Assembly (NCBI GenBank): GCA_963770895.1
Contig: CAVYRF010000002.1
Coordinates: 2,080,001 to 2,144,000 of the forward strand
DNA: 64,000 bases
DNA from: an uncultured Acidobacteriota bacterium
GTDB lineage: Bacteria; Acidobacteriota; Thermoanaerobaculia; Multivoradales; UBA5704
Direction of reading: 5' to 3'
Shown here: positions 9,964-16,907 of the stretch, one piece after another
Layout of the letters: the number at the start of each line of letters is the position of its first letter
Numbering within the stretch: position 1 is the stretch's first letter
Made by a program: the position numbers and the translations under genes
The notes under the pieces: model-generated
Told to the model about the DNA's origin: nothing
Database searches by the model: none
Seen by the model: only the letters and a program-made list of their open reading frames with translations

Positions 9964-10602
9964 TCATGGCGCCGCGCTGGCCAGGTGGGCGGCCAGGGCC
10001 GCGGTGATGGGCAGCCCCGCCGCCTGTTCGACATACAGGAACTGCCCCGCCGGGTTGACCTCGAAGAACACGTATTCGCCCTCGGGGGTGACCCGCATGT
10101 CGATGGCGCCGTACTCCAGCCCGAGCCGGCGCATGAAGGCCAGGAGCTTTGCCGACACCGCGTCGGGCAGCTGGTGCGGGCGGTAGGTGATGTTGGTGTT
10201 GAAGCGCACGTCGACCTTGTATTCGCCGTTCTCCAGGTTGGCCTCGGCAGCCAGCACGCGGTCGCCGATCACCGTGATGCGCAGGTCCAGCACGCCGGGC
10301 ACGTAGCGTTGAAAGATCACCGGCGCAAAGCGAACCGCGGCCGCCAGCTCCTCCTCCTCCGGGCGCAGCAGGCGGGTTTCGCGCCACGCGTTGTAGGTCT
10401 GCAGGAACGGCTTGTAGATCACCGCGCCGGGGTGGCGCCGCCAAAACTCGCGCGCCTCGTCGGGGTCGTTGGTCATCAAGGTTTCGGGCAGCACCAGCCC
10501 CGCCTGCTTGGCCAGTTTGAGCTGCCACGGCTTGTGCGCCGCGGCGCCGTCGCGCACCGGATCGTTGATCCAAAGCGATCGCAGGATCGATCCGGTCTGG
10601 GG
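9964..10602 (-). CDS. MvdC/MvdD-like ATP-grasp RiPP macrocyclase, N-terminally truncated (possible pseudogene or readthrough fusion partner)
   Basis: WINDP..AHKPWQL..PETLMTNDP, IYKPF, IFQRYVP..DLRITV, YGAIDM, FFEVNPAGQF; open frame runs to 10602 and abuts the precursor stop; only a GTG (10557) without an RBS. Confidence 0.8.
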   Translation of the reverse strand, partial: PQTGSILRSLWINDPVRDGAAAHKPWQLKLAKQAGLVLPETLMTNDPDEAREFWRRHPGAVIYKPFLQTYNAWRETRLLRPEEEELAAAVRFAPVIFQRYVPGVLDLRITVIGDRVLAAEANLENGEYKVDVRFNTNITYRPHQLPDAVSAKLLAFMRRLGLEYGAIDMRVTPEGEYVFFEVNPAGQFLYVEQAAGLPITAALAAHLASAAP

Positions 10603-11319
10603 CTAGGTCTGGGACGGGCCGCCGCCCGGATTGAAAACGTTTTCCGCCAGCGTGCCACCGGGCTCGACCAGCGTCGCGCCGCCGACGTCGGTGATGGGAT
10701 CCTTGTAGTGTTCCTTGAGGGTGTCGGTGATCGGGTCCTTGTAATGTTCTTTCAAGGTATCCGTGGGGCCGTCCTTGGACACCTCCTTGAGGGTCTCGTA
10801 AATGCCCTTTTCGACCAGCGAGTGGGGGCTGAGCTGCTGTTGCAGGCCCGCCGCCTGGTACGCCAAAGGCGCCTGCGGCGCGTGGTGAGGCGTCGCCAGC
10901 ACAAAAGGCGCAAATCCGCCGCCCACGCCCAGCTCGCCGATCCGATCGTCCGGCACGTCCTTGCGCACCTTGTGGATCGGGTCGCCGGAGATCGGGTCCT
11001 TGGCCGCGGACTTGTCGGAGATCACCTTGGGAACCCCGCCAAACCGCAGCTCGGGCGCCACGTCCGCGTGGGCGCCATCCAGCTCCAGCCTGACCACCGC
11101 CTGGGCCGGCACGGTGTACAGCACGTGATGGTGCCTCACCGCATCCACCGGAATCTCGCGCGACGGACCGCCCCCGGCAGGAGTGAACAGAAACGACTCC
11201 GCCTTCCCCCCGCGCGCCACGGTGCCGACCACCGACACCGTGCCGCCGCCTTCCGGCAGATCGCGCAGGAAGTCGCCAAAGCTCGATCCCCGCGAGTTTT
11301 GATGCAGATCTTCACTCAT
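10603..11319 (-). CDS. Putative graspetide (omega-ester/amide peptide) precursor with tandem core repeats
   Basis: GAGGAGG RBS; PFVLATPHH leader-like motif; 3 x 12-aa T/K/E/D-rich repeats; directly upstream of the ATP-grasp frame. Confidence 0.75.
   Translation of the reverse strand: MSEDLHQNSRGSSFGDFLRDLPEGGGTVSVVGTVARGGKAESFLFTPAGGGPSREIPVDAVRHHHVLYTVPAQAVVRLELDGAHADVAPELRFGGVPKVISDKSAAKDPISGDPIHKVRKDVPDDRIGELGVGGGFAPFVLATPHHAPQAPLAYQAAGLQQQLSPHSLVEKGIYETLKEVSKDGPTDTLKEHYKDPITDTLKEHYKDPITDVGGATLVEPGGTLAENVFNPGGGPSQT
10687..10794 (-). repeat. Three 36-bp tandem coding repeats (TLKEVSKDGPTD, TLKEHYKDPITD, TLKEHYKDPITD)
   Basis: Units at 10759-10794, 10723-10758, 10687-10722; last two identical in protein with several synonymous differences. 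Confidence 0.9.
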
Positions 11320-11534
11320 GATGCCGCCTCCTCGGGGCGCTCAGCCCCACCAGCAGACGGCGCCATCCGCCGTCATGCCTTATAGAAGGCGAAGAAGCCA
11401 AAGAATTGTTACGATGGGATCGCCTGCGTTTCCCAGCGAAATGGTCGTAGCGCGTCCGTCTATGGGGTAGTAAGGCGAAGATGGGGATTTGTGGTTGACG
11501 GTGGTCACTCCTCCCGCCGGCAGCCTGAGGATTC

Positions 11535-14500
11535 TTGAGCCTGCTATCGATGCATGCCTCAACTTGCGAGAGCGCGCTTGCTGCTCGTGCCAACTGCCGG
11601 TCGGCCACTACCGGTGGTGCACGGCGGCCGGTCGGCCATCGAACACCGTCGCGGGACCGTCTGATTCGATCCCTCGGCACCGCCTTCGGAGTTGCCGTCC
11701 TTGCGGCCGCCGGATGCCAGAGGTCGCAACGCTCCGGGCTTGGGGACTTGGTGGCGGCCCTGGGCTCGCGCCGCGCGGTCGAGCCGCGCCTGACTGGTGG
11801 ATTCGCCTCTGCTCCGTGCCGGCCGGCGCCAGCCTTGGACCACCTCCCGACACCCGACTGCTCGCCACCGCCGCCGCAGCTATCGGACGCTGGCCGCCTG
11901 GCCGCCGCGCACGCCCTCGCCAACTTGCGCAAGCGGGAGGCGATGAGCCCCACGGCTGCCGCGGAATCGCTGCAGGCGCAGGCAGTCGTGCATCTCGTGG
12001 TGGGTGGAGCGAGCGATGCCGCCGATCGCGCCGTGGCCGAGTTGGAGCGGGCAACGGCCTTACCGAGCGCCGGCGGGCCAGAGCGTAGTGCTCGCCTGTG
12101 GAGCGACCTCGCGGCGGCCTACCTGGTGCGAGCCGGACGCAAGGACTCTGCGATGGACCTCATCCGATCGCTGGAAGCCGCGGGTGCGGCGCTGGCGGCG
12201 GATCCCCAACTGCCCGAGGCGCGCTTCAACCGTGCCTTGGCGCTGGAACGACTCGGTTTGCGCTTACAGGCGACCGTTGCGTGGGAGGAAGTCCGGCATA
12301 CCGATCATGCTGCCGGTTGGGTGGCCGAGGCGCGGCTCCATCTCGCCGATCTGCGGCAGCTTCGCGGCCGGGGAGCTTGGCAGGAGCGACGCGCCGACCT
12401 GGACCGCGCATCGCTCACCGGCGATGCCGCGACCGTGCGCCGGCTGGTTGCCGCCGCTCCCCAAGCGGCGCGAGAGTACGCGGTCGAGGATCTGCTGGGG
12501 CGTTGGGGTGCGGCGTGGCTCGACCGGCAGAGCGGGTTGGAGGGTGACGACGAGCGGCGGTCGTTGCAGATCGCCCGGGTCGTGGGCCGGGCGCTGGCCG
12601 ACGGGGGCGGCGACGCCACAGCCGCCGGCGCGGTGAGCGCTATCGATCGCGCCGGCGGAGCCGGCGGGTCACCAGGAACCGGCCGAGGGGCCGAGGCCCG
12701 GCTGGAAGCCCTGGCCAGAGGTCATCGAGCCTACAGCACAGGCATGGCGCTGAGTCAACGGCTGGCCATCGAAGACGCCGGCCCTCTTCTGGTGGACGCC
12801 CGCCGATGGCTGGAGCGCGGCGCCAGTCCGGTGGCAGGTTGGGCGGCTGTGGCCCTGGCAGGGATCGCGGGGTACCGAGCGAGGCTTGGCGAGGCCGCCG
12901 CGGAGTTCCACGACATCCTTCGCGAGACTGCGCCGGACCGGCTGCCGGCGCTGATCGGGCGCGCCCGCTGGGGCCTTGCCTGGCTGGAGGGGCGCCAGGG
13001 GCACCTGGACGTAGCGTTGGACCTCTACCGCCAGGCGGCAGACAGCTATCGGGCGGCCGGCGAGACCGAAAACGTCGGTGCGGTGGAAGGTTTGATCGGT
13101 GAAAGCCTGCAGCTGCTCGGCGAGGACCCGCTCGCCTGGCGGCATCGCTACCTGGCTTTGGCCCGTCTCGAAGACGACCTGTCGTCACTCCACCTGCATT
13201 CGGCGCTGCTGGAGGCGGCACGGAGCGCAGCCGAGGAGGGGGCGCCGCGGGCGGCGTTGGAACTGGCGAGCGAGGACGAGGCCGTGGCTGCCCGCTCGGG
13301 CGATCCGCTGAACCTCGCTGAGGTGCTGCTCTGGCGTAGCCGGATCCAGCTGCGGGCGGGCAGGCCGGCGAGCGCTCGGGAGGATCTGGCTCTGGCCCGG
13401 CAGCAGGTCGCTCGCGGCCCGGCAGGCCTGATGCGGCTGCGCTCCGAGATCGACATCGAGTATGCGGAGGCCGATCTGATGCGGCGCTCGCAGCCCGCCG
13501 CGGTGCTTGCTCCGCTGTCTCGCGCCGTCGCGTTTTATGCCGCCGGGGGGCTGGTCTGGTCGCTGATGCCCGCGTATGCAAGCCGCGCCCGCGCCGAGAT
13601 CGCTGTGGGCCGGCAGGCCGCGGCCGACGCCGACTTCGCCGCCGCCGTCGGGCTGTATCAACGCGAGGGCCGCTCCACGACCCTACGGGCGCAGCGTCGA
13701 GCCTTCGCCGCGGAGGCACGGGAGCTCTGTGAGGCGATGATCGCCTGGCGGGCAGACCACGCACCGCCGCCGGCGCTGGCAGCCCTGGCCGCCTCCGAGC
13801 AGGCGCGTGCCCTGGCGCTGCCCTACCTGCCCGCTGCGGCGGCAGCGCCGGTCTACGTCCTTCCTCCAGGCGTGGCGGTGCTCGAATATGCAGCCCTTCC
13901 CGATCGGCTGCTCATCTGGTTGGTCTCCTCGGGCGGCGTGCAGCTCTTCGAGCGCGCACTGCCGGCGGCGGCGCTCGCCGAGCAGGTGCGCCTGTTCGAC
14001 GCGACTCTCCTGCGTCGCTCCAGTGGCGAGCTTGATGCAGCGGCCAAGAGGCTCTATGCCGAGCTGATGCCTGCGGGTCTGGACGCGGTGGCGGGCGGCG
14101 CCGAGCTGGCGATCGTGCCGGATCTGTCGCTCAACCAGCTGCCCTTCGCGGCGCTGGTGAATCCGCGCACCGGCCGCTACCTGGTCCAGGAACACGCCCT
14201 GGCTCTGGCGGCAAGCGTCGCGTCCTATGCCGCTGCCGGCAGCGGCGCTGTGGACAGGGGCGGCCCTTCCGCCTGGTCGGCACTGCTGGTCGGCGACCCT
14301 GCGTTCGACGGGCGAGACTTCCCCTGGCTTTCCCGGCTCCCACGAGCCGAGGCCGAGGTTCGGACGCTTGGCGCGATCTACCCACGGTCGACGACCCTGA
14401 TGCGAGAACGGGCCACCAAGAGCGCCGTGCTGGCTGAAATCCCGGCGCATGAAATCCTCCACTACGCCGGGCACGCGGTTGCCAATGCCGAGGAGCCAGG

Positions 14501-14912
14501 ATTGTCGTATCTGCCACTCGCTACAGCGCCCCAAGCGGCTGGCGGCGGCTCAGGCGCCCTCTTTGCCGAGGAACTGGAGGGACGTCGCCTTGGCCGGCTG
14601 CGTCTGGTCGTGCTCTCCGCTTGCAGCACCATCAAGCCGAGAGACACCCGCGCCGGTGGTCCGGCAGGTTGGGCGCAACCCTTCCTCGAGGCCGGTGCCG
14701 CGGCAGTCCTGGGCACTCTTTGGAACGTGGACGACCGCGCCGCCGAGCGCTTGCTGACCGATTTTCACCGCCGCTTCCGGCGCCAGGGAGATGCCGCGCA
14801 GGCCTTGCGCGAAGCGCAGCTCGCCATGCTGGCGGATCCCGACGGTTCATTCAGTCACCCTGCGACATGGGCCGGCTTCGCTTTGGTCGGCCGCTTACAT
14901 CAGCAACCCTGA
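11535..14912 (+). CDS. TPR + CHAT-domain (caspase-like) protease
   Basis: EARFNRALALE TPR motif; IVPD..L..LPFAAL; catalytic LHYAGHA and VVLSACST; LGTLWNVDD; HPATWAGF; start uncertain; N-terminal VAVLAAAGC signal/lipobox-like segment. Confidence 0.9.
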   Translation: MSLLSMHASTCESALAARANCRSATTGGARRPVGHRTPSRDRLIRSLGTAFGVAVLAAAGCQRSQRSGLGDLVAALGSRRAVEPRLTGGFASAPCRPAPALDHLPTPDCSPPPPQLSDAGRLAAAHALANLRKREAMSPTAAAESLQAQAVVHLVVGGASDAADRAVAELERATALPSAGGPERSARLWSDLAAAYLVRAGRKDSAMDLIRSLEAAGAALAADPQLPEARFNRALALERLGLRLQATVAWEEVRHTDHAAGWVAEARLHLADLRQLRGRGAWQERRADLDRASLTGDAATVRRLVAAAPQAAREYAVEDLLGRWGAAWLDRQSGLEGDDERRSLQIARVVGRALADGGGDATAAGAVSAIDRAGGAGGSPGTGRGAEARLEALARGHRAYSTGMALSQRLAIEDAGPLLVDARRWLERGASPVAGWAAVALAGIAGYRARLGEAAAEFHDILRETAPDRLPALIGRARWGLAWLEGRQGHLDVALDLYRQAADSYRAAGETENVGAVEGLIGESLQLLGEDPLAWRHRYLALARLEDDLSSLHLHSALLEAARSAAEEGAPRAALELASEDEAVAARSGDPLNLAEVLLWRSRIQLRAGRPASAREDLALARQQVARGPAGLMRLRSEIDIEYAEADLMRRSQPAAVLAPLSRAVAFYAAGGLVWSLMPAYASRARAEIAVGRQAAADADFAAAVGLYQREGRSTTLRAQRRAFAAEARELCEAMIAWRADHAPPPALAALAASEQARALALPYLPAAAAAPVYVLPPGVAVLEYAALPDRLLIWLVSSGGVQLFERALPAAALAEQVRLFDATLLRRSSGELDAAAKRLYAELMPAGLDAVAGGAELAIVPDLSLNQLPFAALVNPRTGRYLVQEHALALAASVASYAAAGSGAVDRGGPSAWSALLVGDPAFDGRDFPWLSRLPRAEAEVRTLGAIYPRSTTLMRERATKSAVLAEIPAHEILHYAGHAVANAEEPGLSYLPLATAPQAAGGGSGALFAEELEGRRLGRLRLVVLSACSTIKPRDTRAGGPAGWAQPFLEAGAAAVLGTLWNVDDRAAERLLTDFHRRFRRQGDAAQALREAQLAMLADPDGSFSHPATWAGFALVGRLHQQP

Positions 14913-14929
14913 ACCGAGAAAGGAGCTCT

Positions 14930-15808
14930 ATGCCTCATGCCAGGCCGTTCACGCTGCGCCTCATCTTCTCCGGCGTCTGCCTGTTCACCCGCGCCGAGGA
15001 CGCCGATTGTCTGGAGGACGGGATCTGCGTGTTGATGCCGGGCGCGACACCGGGCCCCCGGTGCGCCGCCGACAAGAAGACCCAGCTCACTCCACACCAG
15101 GCCCAATTACGGTTCAGGATCAAGAACATCCTTGGCGCGCGTGCGGTTCCCGAGTTCACGGCGTCGATGCCGCTGTTGCGCCGGAGGGTGGAGCTGCGGC
15201 TGTGTGAGACACCTGATGCCGACAACTGCCTGCGCATCACCAGGGAAGGTGAGGGGAGCTTCGATTTTGTCCCCAACTTGCAAAAAGTCGCGCCGGGATA
15301 CGGCGACATCGACCCGCAGGATCTGACCTTCAATCCGAGCCACGACATTCAGTCCCAGATCCTCCTCGACAAGGGCCGGGTCTACACCCGCGCCGACGAG
15401 CGCATGTGGAGGTTTCCCAATGACCTGGCGCCAGAAGAAGTCCGGCAGCGGATCGCCCACCAGGTGATCGTGGAGTTTACGGACATCGTTAGGGCCAAGC
15501 TGGTGCTCACTCCACTGCCGGGGAAGCATCCCCGCCCATATTTCATCGAAACTCTACGCGTGGCGCCGGCTCCCTATGACGAAGACCTCGTAGAGCTCAC
15601 GATTTGGAACTTTGAAGCCCCCGGCGTGCCGAAGCAACGCACCCTGCCGGACCAGCCCGACTTCGATTTCATGTGGTTTTACGAGCTGCTGTCGTGCAAG
15701 GAGTACGGGGATCTGCAAAAGAAGGGAGTATGTCCAGTCCCATATCCGATCAGATATGCCGAAGACGCATCACTCGGCCGCGACTGCTTCGCGGCGCAAT
15801 CCGATTGA
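14930..15808 (+). CDS. Hypothetical protein coupled to the CHAT protease
   Basis: AAGGAG RBS; ATG 17 nt after the CHAT stop; LRLIFSGVCLF N-terminal strand; no recognisable domain. Confidence 0.7.
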   Translation: MPHARPFTLRLIFSGVCLFTRAEDADCLEDGICVLMPGATPGPRCAADKKTQLTPHQAQLRFRIKNILGARAVPEFTASMPLLRRRVELRLCETPDADNCLRITREGEGSFDFVPNLQKVAPGYGDIDPQDLTFNPSHDIQSQILLDKGRVYTRADERMWRFPNDLAPEEVRQRIAHQVIVEFTDIVRAKLVLTPLPGKHPRPYFIETLRVAPAPYDEDLVELTIWNFEAPGVPKQRTLPDQPDFDFMWFYELLSCKEYGDLQKKGVCPVPYPIRYAEDASLGRDCFAAQSD

Positions 15809-15911
15809 GCACCTGAAAGGGTCAAAGCGACGGCGGCACCTTCAGGAATGCGCTGATTTCAATCGGTGACGACGCGTCTTGCCGCGGCACGCGTGACGCC
15901 GCTTTGCCCGT

Positions 15912-16907
15912 TCAGCGGGGCAGGAGAATGGCGGCCAGGATGGCGAGGCCGAGCAGGGCGTAGAGCACGCGGTAGCGGGATTGCAGGCGGCGGATGCTGG
16001 CGAAGGTGAGGTTGTCGCGGAGGGCGGCGAGCGAGCTGTAGAGGTGGAGGGCGTAGAGGGGCAGGGCGACGGCGGCGAGCCAGGTGGGCAGGACGTGGCG
16101 GGTGGCCAGGGCGATGAGCAGGGCGTACGCCAGGGTGAAGCCGGCCAGGCCGGCCAGGAAGGTGGGGGTCTTGCCGAAGGTCACGGCGTTGGTCCTGATG
16201 CGGTTGCCGGCGTCGCCGTCGAAGTCCCGGACTTCCTGGTTGAGGTGTCCGGCCGCAAAGGTCAGGCCGAAGAACGCAGCCAGGGTGAGGTCGGCGGCGC
16301 CGCAGGTGCGGAAGAGGGCGACGCCGAGCAGGAAATGGAGCGTGCCGCCGGCCAGGTGGAGGAGCGAACCGAGCACCGGGATGCCCTTGCCCGCCGATCC
16401 GGGTTGCGAATAAATGTAGCCGAGGGCGGCGATGGCGGTGGCGATGCCCAGCGGGCGCGCGCCCAGGGCGGTGAAGAGGGTGAGGCTGAGGGCCGCAAGG
16501 GCGATCCAGGTGAGGCGGATGGCGTCGCTGCTGATGCCCTTGGCGGCGAAGACACTGGCCGCGCGGTTGGCGTCGTTGAGGTCGGCTTCCAGTCCCGCCC
16601 AGTCGTTGAGGGCGAAGACGTAGGCGACCAGCAGGCAGCTGGCGATCAGGAGGACGCCGAGCGCGGCCAGCTTGCCGACGCTGGGCGCGCCGATGGCGAA
16701 GGCGGCGCCGAGCAGCGGCGACCCCTGCAAGATCAGGATCTCGCGATAACGCAGGCACGAGAGGTAGCGGCGAACGAGCCCGGCGGTGGGAGGGATCGAA
16801 GCGCCCGGAGCGGTCCGCTCGCGATCGCCCGCCGGCTGCGCCGGAAAGCCTTGCGGTGCGGCCAGGCGGTTATCGGAGACCTGCATCGCCACCTTGCCGC
16901 CGCTCAT
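15912..16907 (-). CDS. UbiA-family prenyltransferase
   Basis: Multi-TM; Asp-rich motifs NDWAGLEADLND and QEVRDFDGD; YIYS..KGIP; overlaps the 3' end of the upstream gene. Confidence 0.85.
   Translation of the reverse strand: MSGGKVAMQVSDNRLAAPQGFPAQPAGDRERTAPGASIPPTAGLVRRYLSCLRYREILILQGSPLLGAAFAIGAPSVGKLAALGVLLIASCLLVAYVFALNDWAGLEADLNDANRAASVFAAKGISSDAIRLTWIALAALSLTLFTALGARPLGIATAIAALGYIYSQPGSAGKGIPVLGSLLHLAGGTLHFLLGVALFRTCGAADLTLAAFFGLTFAAGHLNQEVRDFDGDAGNRIRTNAVTFGKTPTFLAGLAGFTLAYALLIALATRHVLPTWLAAVALPLYALHLYSSLAALRDNLTFASIRRLQSRYRVLYALLGLAILAAILLPR

Noticed and set aside
10603-10605. TAG as a pyrrolysine codon or genome-wide recoding
   Set aside because: No pyl genes seen, and many other genes here end normally at TAG
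10687-10794. 36-bp repeats as a possible CRISPR array
   Set aside because: No spacers, in-frame coding repeats with synonymous variation, and no cas genes
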